Below are positions 14,771-31,702 of a DNA stretch of 64,000 nt, piece after piece. Every line of letters starts with the position of its first letter. The stretch's first letter is position 1. The notes under the pieces were generated by a model, which made no database searches, was not told the origin of the DNA, and saw only the letters and a list, made by a program, of their open reading frames with translations. This DNA comes from the human T2T-CHM13v2.0 reference genome, Homo sapiens. The stretch lies in NCBI RefSeq assembly GCF_009914755.1, contig NC_060935.1. One strand, 5' to 3'. The position numbers were made by a program, and so were the translations under genes.

Positions 14771-16599
14771 AAACCACGTTGCTGAGGCTCTATTAATAAT
14801 ATTGAACAACACCGGAATGACAAAGATCCCTAAGCAAGAATGTTGTAGAGGACATACGAACATACAGAGAGGTGGACTAGAATGAACTCTGGTTCTTTCA
14901 GCCCTGGGGGTTTATGATGCTAGATTTCTAAGAACTCTATCTGTGTTCTGATGTGCCTTCTTCCTGACCACAGCAACTACTACCCACGTAAAGTGTGGGC
15001 TTTCAAAGATCTTACATGACTTAGCAACATCCTGACAACCACTACATTGTCAGTAGTTAAATCACAAGATATATAGATAATACTTCACAGGTAATTTCTC
15101 TAGAAAATATGCCAGTAGTATTGCCACAAATAAAAAAGAAAATTCACCAGAGTCTATTCCTATGAACCTTCAGCAGTAAGCTACCCCCAAACCATTTTTG
15201 TTCATTTCTTTTTAAACATTGTATTTTTTAACAATATGGCTCAAGAATTGAGGTATAAAATAGCAAACTGTAAGTCTTCCCTACCCTAACTCCAGCCATC
15301 CTATTCTGTTTTGTAGAGACAATCATTCTTATCTTGTGTTTCATTTCACAGATATTTTATGGATATGAGAGTGAATATATACAATGTCTTCCCCCTTTTA
15401 ATACATATAGTAAAGCATCATAGTATATTAAATGCACTTTGCTTTATTCCACTTATATCTTGGAGCTTATTCTATATCCATATCTAAATAACTTCATTAG
15501 TTTTTATGAAAGATGCTTCCAACCTTGTGTGATAGAAAAAGTGTCATACCCTTATTTTTACATAAGTGTCTCATTTAAAATATCACAACTTGATGTCAGA
15601 GGAGGGCTATAAAACACAAACACCACTGAAATGCAAACATTACTTAAGGTCACACTGAGAAACTTTTAAGAGGACTTCATTTCTGCATTTATTTGGATTT
15701 CTTTATAAAAGGAAATGACATACAGTGGTTGCAGGTTAATAGGATAACAGTAAACCCTACTGAATCAAGTTTGGACAATTTTTTTTTCTAAATGAAGAGT
15801 AAATAACTGAAACTTTGGTCATGAAAGCACTCTGAAGGGCCTTCCTGTAGGAATAAGAAATTGTTACTTCAAATTATTTCTGTCCTATCTTTTTCCAAAA
15901 AAAGAGTCACGTTGCTTCCATGAATTTGTGTGTGGTGTCTGCATTCTGCTATGAGCTTCATGAGGTCAAGGATAACAGTTTGTTCATCTTTGTGTTCTCA
16001 GTACAGAATAGGACCTTAGTAACTTCTGTTGAATACATGAAATTCTATTGTGGAGAATTTTTCAGTCATCTCAGAACTAACTCAGTTTGCTACTCTCAAA
16101 TATATACAAAGCAGACACAGTTCTGACCCGGTAAAATTTCCCCATAAGCTATGCTTTGGGAAAAAAAGTCTTAAAACCTTGTTGAGGATTTACTGGAGGT
16201 AAGAAGAAGGCCTAGAAGTAGGAAAGCCAGAAAGTGGTGGTGGAGTGATGGGATGAAGGCTAAGAAGAAATTGGATGGAGATTTATTTGAGCAAAGATCC
16301 CATTTATGCTCTTTAACCACAGCAGGTAAGCCACCATTCTTTGTCTATACTCAAGATCATTCCTATTTAGCGCAAATGCATCATGTCTATTATTCAATAC
16401 AATTCTACAAATACGTACTGAGCATCTGTGGTGGGTATACAGTGGGAACTCAATAAATCGGTATCTGGGTCAATTTTAATCCTCATGTCATATTATCATC
16501 ACTTCTGTACATGTCTGATTCACTAATAGCCTATAAGAATGATAAACAATCATGTTTTAATTATCTTTGCATTTTAATATGAAATGGGGTCTGCTGGGC

Positions 16600-17030
16600 A
16601 TTCAAAGTCTAATCAATGAACAGAACAGGGAACCAAGCACCTCAAGCTGGGAATGGTTGTGGGAGGAGGAAAGTAATCAAGAGATGTTTCATATGAAAAT
16701 AACAATATCTGCAATGAGCCTTAAAGGATGAACAATATTCCCAGAAACAGATTTTGGGGCCAAGATATGAAGCATGGAACAAAGGAAATAATATTCTGAA
16801 CATAATGGAGAAGGCATCATTAAAGTGCACAGAGGTAGCAATATTCATGAAGTGTTTGGGAAACAACATACCATTGAATGTTTCTAGAGCCTACAGGGAG
16901 CCAGGAAAACATGAGAATGAAAAGGTAGGTTGAGTCCCAACCACAGTGGGACTTAAATGATGTACTAAATGGTTTGAACTTTGCCTTGAAAAACAATGGT
17001 GAGCCCCCCAAATTTTGAAAATAATAATAC
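16600..17030 (-). mobile_element. L2 fragment
   Basis: Degenerate L2 motifs (tgagccttaaaggatga; tttgaactttgccttgaaaaacaatggtgagcc). Confidence 0.55.
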
Positions 17031-17049
17031 ATTTAAAAAAATCAGGATT

Positions 17050-17250
17050 TAAGGGCAAGACAGCTGGGTTTATATCCTAAATTCTTAATAACTAGCAGTG
17101 TCACTTTGGATAAATCATTAAATTTCTTTGAATTTTAGTTTTTCCTCTAGAAGATGGATATAATACCTTACTAGATTGAATTGAAGAAGTGGATGTTAAA
17201 GACCTCTATAAACTGGCAAGTACAGCATAAATATTGTCATTATAATAATA
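17050..17250 (+). mobile_element. MIR
   Basis: ctgggttt...actagcagtgtcactttggataaatca core. Confidence 0.6.
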
Positions 17251-17649
17251 AGCTGTGCTTTGGCAAAACATCTTACAAACTTGTTGGGAATTTGTTGTGG
17301 GTGACAGGAAGGCCTAGAAGTGGAAAAGTGGGAAAGTCGTGGTGGGCTGATCATTTGCTTGTGCAGATGAGGACAAAGCCCTATTACCCTCACCTGCAGA
17401 CACAAGGACCTGACCTTGGACCCTTCCCTGAGCAAGATTCCGAGAAACGGATATACACACCAAACACTAGGCACTCTCGGGTCCACATTGTTTGATAAAA
17501 TAAATCCTGGGTCAATAATCTCAATGGGATGACAAAAACAATTTCCTGTTGCAGGGCATTTACTGGTAGCATTGCATTTGCAGTCTTCCCAATCAGCAGT
17601 CCATTAAGCAGCCATCAAAAACACTAAGCCGCGGAAGGCTTTTTAAAAA

Positions 17650-18510
17650 AGACATTATGTGTAAGACATTAATAATAAGGAAAGCTGGGTGTGGGGTATA
17701 TGGGAACTCTGTACCATCTTCTCAGTTCTTCTGTAATAAAACTGACAAAAAGTCTATTAAAAATGACATTACAGACTTATAGTAGATTTACTCATAATAG
17801 CCAAAAGCTGGAAACGGCACAGGCATCCATCCGAAGGAGAATGCATAAACAAAGTGGTATATTCATGCAATGGAATATTACTTAGCAATAAAAAGGAATG
17901 GTCTATAAATACATTCAACAACATGGATGGATCTCAAAAAGTATTATACCAAATGAAAGAAGCCTTACACAAAAGAGTACATACTGTATGATTCTGTTTC
18001 TATGAGATTCTAAAACAGGCAAAACTAATCTATGGTAGAAAAAAAATCAGAATGATTGTTTCTTCTGGAGGGTGGGGGTGGGGTGAGAATTGTTTGGAAA
18101 GGGGAATGGGGAAACTTTCTGGAACGATGGTAATGTTTTATATAGTCTGATAGGAGCTTTAGTTACATTTTTGTCACATCTCAAAGAACACTTCAGATTG
18201 ACATTTCACTCCATGTACATTTTACCTCAAAGAAAAATACTCAACAGATGTGGAACTCTAGGGAATGATATGCATGCTAAAGTATTTAGGGAGAAATATG
18301 CTAATGTCTGCAATTTACTTTAAATGCTATAAAAAATAAGATGCACAATGGGTGGTCAAAGGAATGGATAGACAAATAGATAAGTGATACAGCAAGCATA
18401 GTAAAATATTAATGACAGAATCTAGATGGTTGATAAATAGGTGTTAATTGTAAAATTCTTTCAATCTTGCTTTATGTTTGAAATTTTTCATTTAAAAATG
18501 TTAGCAAAAA
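17650..18510 (+). mobile_element. Old L1M (MC/MD-like) 3' fragments
   Basis: ctcataatagccaaaagctggaaac, atggaatattacttagcaataaaaagg, and 3' UTR ending tttgaaatttttcat. Confidence 0.8.
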
Positions 18511-19114
18511 TGAAGAACATTTTTGGGGTTTTGTGTCTGGGTTGCGTGGCTAGGAGAAAGAGAGTAGAGAGTTTATAAGGCCAGTCTTGTAGGCTCTTTA
18601 TATTAATTAAAAATCCCTTACACTTAACTTTTTACAAGAGTACAGATGGCCCTTTCATATTTATCCTCATTTTATCCCCCAATACGATTTATGTATCTCT
18701 CATCTGTGTTCCTTTTAGCATTTATAATATCACTTTGTAACTGTTTTCATCTCTGTATCCCCCTACTAGACCATCATGAACTCCTTGAAGGCAGGGCCTT
18801 GTCTTTCTTTTTTGATGTGTTTTTGATGTGTTCATAGTAACTGACACATATAGTAGGCACTCACTCAAGCATTTGTTGAGAATACCCTAGGTACTCAACA
18901 AGTACAAGGCGAGCTGGCTGCTAGGGCAACCAGACCATTTTAGAGGCCACAGGGAAATGTGAAGATTTCCCACAGAAAAGCATGATTTTATGGAAGCAGT
19001 TTTGTACTTGGAAGGTGTTATAACTAGAAACACAGAGATCTGTTTGGATTTTCTCAGCTAGCATGTATCTCGCCATATTGCTACCTGAAATACTTTCTAG
19101 ATGAAGTTGGTTGG

Positions 19115-19615
19115 TATGTACGATAGGTTGGCCCACTCAACATCAATTCCATTCCCCTTCTAGTTAGAAAATCTGGAAAACTAAAAGTCACCTTTACCAA
19201 ATTTGTTTGCAGGCAGTCTGCCAATTACTTGCATTCATATAAGACTGGTAAGGTGGAAATGAGGCTAAGACCATTTTCCATTTCTCTTTTGGCTATTTCT
19301 CGTTTCTACTGGCAAAAAAGGATATAGACGTTTGATTGTTTTATGCGGCTGAGGTATTATCCAGCCTCCTGAGTGCCATGGGGCAGGTTCATTAGTAGCT
19401 TCTCAAGTCTGACCTCCCATACCCGAGACCACAGCTATGGGGTGTGGGTGGGGGTTAAATGGATCACCAGTGGTGTCCTAGGAGGTCACCTATGGAGTTC
19501 TTAAACTAGAACATGCAGCTCTAGTTCTTCCTATCATTTGGTAAGCATCTAATTCCTTGTATTAAATTCCTTCCTGTTTAAAGTATCTGGAGTGGTTTCC
19601 ATTTCTCACAGTGAT
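19115..19615 (+). mobile_element. Ancient ERVL/MaLR-type solo LTR (subfamily uncertain)
   Basis: LTR-like 3' end attaaattccttcctgtttaaagtatctggagtggtttc. Confidence 0.5.
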
Positions 19616-20190
19616 CCCTGGGTATAAAAATAAAGAAGTTTGAGTGACAAACAGCAGGTCTCTGGGGACAGGAAAGAAGGGAAATACAAGGCTTTGCGTT
19701 TTGGAGTTTTTCACAAGTATCCATTCAAGAAAATGTTGAACCTTACTTTGGGCCAAGCACTGAGCTAGGGGCTGGAATCAAGAAATAGTGGTTTGCTTTG
19801 AGATAGGAGAGTCATGTCAACATGTGAAAGAAGGGCCCGTAGTGATAGATGACAGAGAAGGAAGTGATGGTCAGAATGAGAATCCAGGTGAAGGGGTAGA
19901 TTTATCTGGAGAAAAGGCTTACTCTTAGACCTCTAAAACCAAATAGTGACTATATACTTAGCATCTTATGCATAGCGTATTCATTTATATTGTCTCATTG
20001 TACATTTCCTCTTCCCACCCCCTCCTTTTTTGGTTAACATTTGGGTGCTTCCCATATGTTATTTTCTTAATGGAAATATTTTTCTTCCCATAACGTATTT
20101 TCTTAATGGAACTGTGGAACACCCTATGAAGTAGAAAGGTATTAGTTCTAGAATTTGCCTGAGATCTCACAGTTATTAATAGTAGAACCA

Positions 20191-20843
<653 letters not shown>

Positions 20844-21618
20844 CCGAATCCTCCATTCTTAAGGGATAACAAATCCAGAATTTCAGTTCTCCAAAAGATA
20901 TAATGTGTTTAAACACATTGTGCAAACATGAGGAGTTGCTATCCTTACCACAGAAAACCTCTTTCTCTAAGCTTGAAGTCCTCAGGATAAGAGGAATAGT
21001 GCCCACGCTGCTCTGGGCCTAGAAAGGGATTACAGAGGTCCCAGGCTGGCTCAGATCAGACCAAACTCACAATAGACCAAGGGGATTGGAAAACAGAGAC
21101 ACAGATGGAAAACCAGTGGCTGCCACCACAGCCTGGTCACTAAGGCAGCTCTTTATCTCCTATGCCATTGTTTATAGCCCAGAGGACACCATCCGGACCT
21201 CGTAAATGAAAGTGTCCATTGGGAAGGGGAAAAAAAACACACATGCCCCCTCCACACACAAAAGGGCATTTGTGTTGGGCAACCCAAGAGGCAGACACAC
21301 ACCAAGGGCTTGCCCCTCCTCCCTTTGCCTCTAGGAAAAGACAAGAAAGGCAGCTTTCTGGTACTCTACAAAGTGGGGAGCCTGTGGCGGGGAACAGAAC
21401 AAACCCCCTCCAAAACTGCTGACTTGATTCATCCCCAAACTGACACAAGGCGGGAGGAAGACTTCAGGAAATGGGCAGATTATGTCCAAGAAAAGATTTC
21501 CTGCAAGCAGTTAATGGGAAACTTACATGAAAAGCAGGACTAAAAATACACAGGCTATTGGAAACCAGTGGTGAGGCCCCTGGTTTTTAAAGAAGTGACT
21601 GAGGAAGCCACCAGGCTT

Positions 21619-21628
21619 GGGACTTTCC
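21619..21628 (+). promoter_or_regulatory. Perfect NF-kB motif GGGACTTTCC
   Basis: Exact match in apparently non-repeat sequence; function unverified. Confidence 0.3.
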
Positions 21629-22561
21629 CTGCCCACCAACCTAGGGAGATCAACTTAACACTGGCTTTATTTGCCTGGGGGAGAAGCTTATAGGGTACCT
21701 GGTATGATTTAAATTTCCTTTCAATATTGATCAAGTCCTCACTGTGTCTGAGCTTTCTATTCATATAAGCTATGATAGCACAAAAAGAAGGTAAAAGCCC
21801 CAGTGTCCTACACACATATCCTGACTCAAATGATGAGAGAAACGGATCAGTAGTACAAATGACATCCTATGTTTAAGTGAATTTTGGTTATCAAAAAATA
21901 AACCTCACAACTTAAGTAAGAGTCTAATGGGATGCAGCAAGAGGTAGCAATGGCATGCAGGAAATTTATCTGCACTTGAAGGCATATGTGAGTAATGACA
22001 AATCATAGCTCTGGCTTGAACAGTAGGGAAACTAAAAAGTAACATTTAGGAGACCAAAAAGTAACTATTAAGAAGTGTTGTTTATTGACTTTGAGAAAGA
22101 ACCTTTCTAGGTGCTTAGAGGAAGAAGCAGGCACATGGAGTTCCCTCATGCCCTAGAGTCTGAGCAGAAATTTGAAGATATAGTTTTTGTTTTTTTAAGA
22201 ACCTTCCCCTTTGCCTTGTCTTATACCTGCAGAGCCTAATTTTGCCAAATATTTATTGAGCCCCAACACTGGTGTATCCCCTATAGCAGATCAAGAATCT
22301 CTTATAATTTAATGGGAAAGATGGTCCTTCAAATGACAGAAGGAGGAGGATAATGCTGGGCTTTGTTTCAGAGCCTGCCTGGGACATGTGGTACCATCAG
22401 TATACTCTTGATCCAGTGCTTTACAGTCTTCACCCGGAAATACTGGGCTCCAATTACAAAGGAAAATCTTATCACTAACCATCTTCCAATAATACACATA
22501 CTGATAAGTCCTTCTTCTAGGATTATAATGAATAATTTGAGTCCAAAGATCTTTTGGTGAC

Positions 22562-22868
22562 TTTTTTTATTTTTTATTTTTAGAGAAAAAGTCTCGCTCT
22601 GTCACTCAGGCTGGAGGGCAGTGGTGCGATCATGGCTCACTCCAGCCTCGAATCCTGAGCTGAAGCAATCTTCCTGCCTTAGCATCCCGAGAGCTAGGAC
22701 TACAGGAATGCACCACCATGCCCAGCTAATTTTTAAACAATTTTTATAGAGGTGGGGGGTCTCACTATGTTACCCAGGCTAGTCTCAAACTCCCGGCCTC
22801 AAGAGATCTTTCCATCTTGGCCTCCCAAAGCGCTGGGATTACAGGTGTTAGCCACCACCCCCTGCCCA
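22562..22868 (-). mobile_element. AluJ
   Basis: Full dimer, J-type diagnostics. Confidence 0.92.
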
Positions 22869-23414
22869 GTGGCATATTTTTATACACAGTGGGAGCCAGA
22901 TGTGAAGACAGACTGAAAAACAAAATGTAGGTGGTCCTGTGTGATTAGTCTAGGGAGACTGGGCAGGGAGAACAGTAAGTTTTTCACCATGGGTGATCTA
23001 AAACTTTTTGTTGTAAAATCCCATAGATACTTACTGCTGCTCTTATCTTCACTGATTTCTTGGCAGCATTTGAGACACCTGAAGGCTCCTCTCCTAAATC
23101 CTTTAGATTACCTGACACCACAATTTCCTGCATTTCTATCCTCATTTTCAGTCATCATAAGGATCCTTTTAAGGTCTATGATCCCTGGGATTTCACCCTC
23201 AGTTTTCTCTTGTCTTACTCTATATATTGCTTGCTGATTCATATTTCTCTCATTGTACCAAGTACTCCTAGACTGGCATCTCCAGACTATATCTGAGACC
23301 CTCTTGAGCTGTCATGAGTAAAGGTGATAAGTTCATCTCCTTTTGGTTCCTTCCTATTTTCTACAACAGAAGGGAGGACTAATAATAATTTTTTTGATGG
23401 TTATAATTTTGTAA

Positions 23415-25860
<2,446 letters not shown>

Positions 25861-27484
25861 TGGGAGGAGGGATAATTAACGGGCACCTTAAATCTCTAAA
25901 ACCTTGGTAAAGTGCTTTGTTTTATAAAATAGATAATAGTTAGAATTTTGTGTTTTGTCTATGGATGTCTACACATTATTTTAGACCCTGGAAATACAGG
26001 TGCCACAGCTGACATTTTATTTGCTAAATTTCAACAATAACCATCATCAAACAGTGAAAAATGAACAGGAATAAATAGCATGGGAACATTAAGTGGCCAA
26101 AGGGTATGAGAAAAATGTTAGGAAATTCTTGTTATCTGTGCAATTAGAAACAAAATAAACCAAAGAATTGAATTAATGACAAGAAGTGATATATATTGAA
26201 CTAAAATATGTTAGCATCTAGTCATTTCTATTTCTAAAATATCATAGTAAAGGGAAGAAAAGCCATTGTATTCAACTGCTCAGAAATCTGACTGTGAGTA
26301 CTCCAGCATCTACCTACCTTTGACTATGGACTTCTGAAGACTATAGTACTAGCACTAGCAGGGAACAACATTCAAAGAACCTTGGACTGGGCAACCAGCC
26401 TTGCGATTAAATGCTTCTTGCTCAATGTTCATCTAATACCTTTGGGTTCCAAGATCTCAACACATTCTTAGCATTTGGTCTCAGCAAAAGATCAGATAAT
26501 CATTTGCTTCTCAGCGTAGATTTCAGTTAGTGGGTTTGATTTCCTCATCTAGTACTATTTGCCTCTTAAATCAAATGTCCAAAAAGAAATAAGGACAGGG
26601 CAAAAGGCAATATGCAAAAGGCACCAGAAGCTACTATGCGGGGGTTTCCTTTTTGCTGTAGTCTCAGAAATGGCAGGGAGGGGTCAGAAGTTTTTGCCCT
26701 ATTAGGAAGTAAGGCAGAATTCCCCACAGTGATGTCACAGACAAGACTTAGTTAAGGAGGGGCTAGAAAGTAATAAAAGAATGGAATGATATGTTTTCTC
26801 CCCTGACAACCCACACCGTTCTCTTAGAGGCAGGGAAAAGAGAAAGAAGGTGGAAGTTGGAGAAAGAATGGTAGAGTATTAGGCAAAGAAAATAAAAGTC
26901 TTCCCTCATAGAAGAAGAAAGCATCATTCTAGTAACTCCCCATCCCTACCCTATCTCAAGTGCAGCTAATGGTGAGAAGTAGAAAATGTTTTGTCAATAA
27001 ATGAATCACAAATGAGTTCCTCTCTATATTCCGTAAGACACATTCTGTGTAGATCCTGTAATTAAGGAGTTCCAAACTTAGCTAAGAAGCCATGTACATT
27101 TTTAAAATATAAAGCAGCACAAATACAGCATTAAGTCAGAAGTAATATTAGGAGTTTAGAGGCATGAACAACTGCTGTAGCTCAGAGTGGTTTGAGAAAG
27201 CTTTGTAAGCAAAAGACCCGAGGCCAGGCCAGGTCAGTATGAAGGCCTGGACTACATTATCCTTCCTAGTTCATCTTCTTTCTTTGGCTCAGTCAGCAAG
27301 GAACTTCTAAACATATAAAAACAATACACCATCAAATGTCTTACAAAAGTACTCCATAAAGTATAAAATGTTAAGTATGTTACCTGACTCTTCAGGAGAG
27401 CAGGATGAAGTGAATTATCTGTTACCATCACCATCATAAGAGCATTGAATGTTCAATGTTCAATTCAATGCCAGACACTGCACT

Positions 27485-27860
27485 GTTGGCTGGATAACAT
27501 AATGCCTATTCATAATCCCTTTTCCTTGTTTGTCCTTAATTAGAGAGTCTAGGCAAACAGAATGTTTACTTTCCTGGTAACTGGAGGTATCCACATGTCA
27601 CAGTTCTGAATAATAAGACATAAGTAGAAATCTTTTGGAGGTTCCTGGGAAAGCTTTTGCTTCTCTTGCTACCATGAGGCTGAAAGCCCACACACTAGAT
27701 GGCTGGCTGGGAAGACAGAAGAAGCATGCTTGATTGCAACACTGACTGTCTACACCAAAGGCAGGAACTGCTTATTCTAGACTTCTTGTAATGTGAGAAA
27801 AATCAACTATTTAACACACTATGCGCTTTCTCTTACATAAACTGAAAATATTCCTGAGAT
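27485..27860 (+). mobile_element. MLT1J/K-like MaLR LTR
   Basis: ctgggaaagcttttgcttctc ... ttctagacttcttgtaatgtgagaaaa. Confidence 0.65.
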
Positions 27861-28227
27861 AAATGCTTACCATGTGCGTGGCCAAGGTTATAAAGTAGGT
27901 AGGTGACAAAAACAGAATTCAATCCCATTTCTGACAGACCCAAAGCCCTGACCTTAACCAATACACTAACAAGGATACACACAGTGTCAAAAAAACCAGA
28001 TATCTTAATGACCAGTACTGTGGTTGTTCTGGTTTGAAGGACCAGTCATCCCATGATTGTCACAGCCATTCTCCTCATAAAACTTTACATTCTGGGAACA
28101 CCTTAATAATATGCTCCAAAAACAATGACTCCAAATTTCACTGGGTTTTAGACTAAGGGCAACGAGACTGAATTTACTGATTCATACATACTGGTCATCT
28201 TCTCCTGATTCCCTGTACACCCCCACA

Positions 28228-28523
28228 TTTTTTTTTTTGAGACAGAATCTCACTCCGTTGCCCAGGCTGGAGTGCAGTGGCGTCATCTCAGCTCACTACA
28301 ACCTCCGCCTCCCAGGTTCAAGCAATTTTTGTGCGTCAACCTCCCGAGTAACTGGGATTATAGGCATGTGTCACCACACCCAGCTAATTTTTTTTTTATT
28401 TTTAGTAGAGATAGGGATTTGCCATGTTGGCCAGGCTGGTCTTGAACTCCTGGCCTCAACTGATCTACCTGTCTCGGCCTCCCAAAGTGCTGAGATTACA
28501 GGCATGAGCCACTGTGACAGGCC
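28228..28523 (-). mobile_element. AluS
   Basis: Full dimer. Confidence 0.93.
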
Positions 28524-29407
28524 CTGATTCCTTTCATGACAAATCTATGACACTCTTCTTTCATTTTGAATTTCTTTCACACTTGAAATCCAGAAAAATA
28601 TAACATTTGCCTAGCCAAACTTGCCCTGTTCTCTTTTCTTTTTTTGCACCCATTTGGGGTTTCAAGATGGTCACAAGTCAGTCCTGCCCTTGTTTTTCAT
28701 ACAATAGACAAGTGTCATTTCAACAGACTAAGCATCTGATAACACTTAAAAAATAAATAGCAGACTATATCTGGAGAGCCGCTTATGCCCTACAATACAA
28801 CAAATTGGAAGATCATTCAGTAATATTTCAAAGCCCCACACAACACTGAGCTGATGGTGGCAGTGATCAACTGTTGACAGCTGTTAAGGTTCTCATGAAA
28901 TGCACTCCTCATCTGTGGTTATGACTGGCCATTACATAGGAGGATTAATGGGGCTGCTTTTGACTGTCATGGAAAGTGTAAGATATGTTCTTTATGTAGA
29001 TCCCTAAGAGCAAACATCCCCTCTACAGAGCTGATAGGTCACCTGCCTCAACCAATTAGCTAATTGTCTGAAATCACTCCTCATAGATCACGGAAAACTG
29101 ACTTGTGAATAAACTCTGTTCATACAGAAAGCAAGAGCCTTTTGTTTCCTTTTGAAGACCTTATTCAACTCTAAGGCCCCTTCCAACCACAAAATTCTAA
29201 ATTCTACAAATGTGAACAATCAGCTCCAATGAATGAATCCTTCCAGCTTTATGGCAAATGAGTGCTTTTTTGACTACGGGTTGTTTTTCTTTTTAAAGAG
29301 AAAATTGTTTTTTAAATGTAGCTTCCTGACTGCACCAGGTGTGAAATGGTAAATAAAAGAACAAGCAGTTGTGTTGACCATCTTTGGTTGTTTCCTTCAA
29401 AGCTTAC

Positions 29408-29460
29408 CAGACTGATGTCATTCTGGATGTTTTCTATTCTGCTTACCAAGCTCGGTTTTC
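29408..29460 (-). CDS. Candidate small coding exon (14 nt to the first donor, 53 nt to the second)
   Basis: ctttttctAG|GAAAACCGAGCTTG|gtaagc and ...ATCAGTCTG|gtaagc; donors 39 nt apart; open frame KPSLVSRIENIQNDISL. Confidence 0.4.
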
Positions 29461-31702
29461 CTAGAAAAAGTCTGTAGAATGACTGCCCTAATCCTAATCA
29501 AAACATACCATCATATTCTAAAAGCTCAGGGCTATCTGGGAGATTGGTAGCTAGCTCTCACTGAATAAAGAGGAGTGAGTAGCCCCTTTTTCGTGGATAA
29601 TTCTAGGATCTGGCAAGACAGTCTTTCTCTTTGGCCTCCTGGATGAACAAAGATGGGCTGAGAATCAATGATGTTGCCCTAAGTGACAAGATGCCTTTAT
29701 TCACACTGTGCATACACCCTCTCATGGACCCTTATTTTTCTGCTCCCAAATATAGTATTTTGTTCAGATTTCTACCCTTTCCTGTGTCATTCCTCCTATC
29801 ACTTTGAAATCTTTCTTCAAAAGTCTAAAATTCCACAAATGAAGATGAACAAAGGGAAAGCTTATATCTGTCTCATCTGGGAACCCTGGAAAAGCTACAC
29901 TGCTTATGTGAAGAGGAAAAAAAAAAAAAAAAGATGGGCAGGAGTTTAGTAAGACTGGGGGAAGAGAGAAAAGGAAACTCCCCAGGAAAGGAAGAAAACA
30001 AAGTATTTACCACGTGACAGATACCACCATGATAAGTACTTACACATAAATTCTCATCTGTACCTCACAACCTCACAACAGATGACCCTAGGAAAGGGTG
30101 TATCTCTCAAAGCCTTTAACCAGTTTAAGAAATTTGCCCAAGGTAAATCTAGGTCTCAAACCCAGATCTGGCTCAAAATCATCTCTTTCCTCATCACAAT
30201 GGTGATCAGCCGCATGGAAGCAGGAAGGGATAAGCCTCATTTAAGGAACAGTAAACCTCCCTCCCACCTCCCTACTACCATGCCCAAGATATTTTTCATC
30301 TTCAGCAACATTCAAAGATGCTCTTTCTTGATGCCTATAAAATGAAGTCAAGTTCATGTGCCTGGCATTAAAGGTGACTCCAGTTCAGCTAGAAGCTCCT
30401 GATTATATCTACTATCTTACTTTACCCTGTACCCCATGACTTTATTCTTGAGTCTATGGTTTCACATCTCTCATCCAATAAAGGAAGCACATGCTTTTAT
30501 TGGATATATTCATTTATTCATTCAACATTTATTGAATGCCTATTATGTGTCATTTCTTCAATACACTTTTATTGAGCAATTGCTATGCTCTAGGCATATT
30601 GGTAATATTGGTAAATGGTAAATATCGGAGAATGACAACGAGATATATTTAGGGAATAAGTATAGAATACTAAATGCTGGTGTGACAGGAGATACCAATG
30701 TAATCCTCTTGAATAATCATTGCCTTTAGATGTGCTGAGCTGAATCACTAGTAGACCCTGGGATTAAGGCTTAGGTATAGTTTAAGTTCAATTCAAATAT
30801 GTCATCAAATTGAGATGATGAAAGAAGCAACCATAATGATCCTGCACTAGGGTCATCAGCTCCAGGACTGCCAATGGTTTCTTAAAAGATATCATTTAAT
30901 GCCTATCCTCACGAATCTCATCAAGTAGTCAACAATTTCACTTTGGTTACACCTAATGTCACTCTTGGGGTCTTGTTTAAATGGTGACTCCTAAAGAACA
31001 AATATTCAGAACCTGCTAGGTACTTGCCCGCCATACTCTTTGTTTCCCAAAACTCACCTTTTCATGATGATACCAAAGGTCTAATTCCCTCACTTGTCTC
31101 TCTATTGCTAGCCTCGCCTTTGTCTCAGTTACTCCTCTCTTCAGGGATCTTCTTCATCCCACCACTTCTCAAAATTTCTGATCCAAGTTATCATCTGAAT
31201 GGCTAAGTGCAATGTTTAAAAATGCCTCAGAATCTCCACCAGCCTGTGTGGAAGGGAGACAAAGGCCAGTGTGTGTTGTGTTCCCCTCCCTATGGACAAC
31301 AAACTGTGCCTAATGAATTCTGGCCAGAGCCAAAACAATGAAATTATTTATCTCCACCTCCCCTATTGATGCACAGCAGAAATAAATATAAGGATCACCA
31401 CCTTCTGTGCAAATGCAAATAAGTATACTCGCAGAAACAAAAATTTCAACCTACAATTTCAGTTTTCCTCACCTTTTGCTTACACTCTAGTGAATGCTAT
31501 CAACGGATCTGCCCTGAACCTACCCTCTGTGCCTCTTCTCAAGATCATTCTCACATCGCATTATTCCCAGCCTTACTCTCTGTTGAAATTAAACTCCTTC
31601 TTCAAGGCTTACCTTAAATGCCACCTCCTCTAGGCTGTTGTCCTTGATCTTTAAAATACAATATAAACCCTCCCTCCTCTAAACCCCTTCAACACTTTGC
31701 AC

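Noticed and set aside
17390-17640. ORF with a CAG|GTGAGG donor on the minus strand
   Set aside because: No convincing paired acceptor and no recognisable protein similarity.
20048-20110. Imperfect 28-bp direct repeat (period 35)
   Set aside because: Ordinary degenerate local duplication with two copies only.
22309-22497. Coding-looking minus-strand ORF
   Set aside because: Weak splice signals and no recognisable homology.
29312-29460. Assigning a gene symbol to the host gene
   Set aside because: I do not recognise the candidate peptide with enough certainty; it needs a database search.
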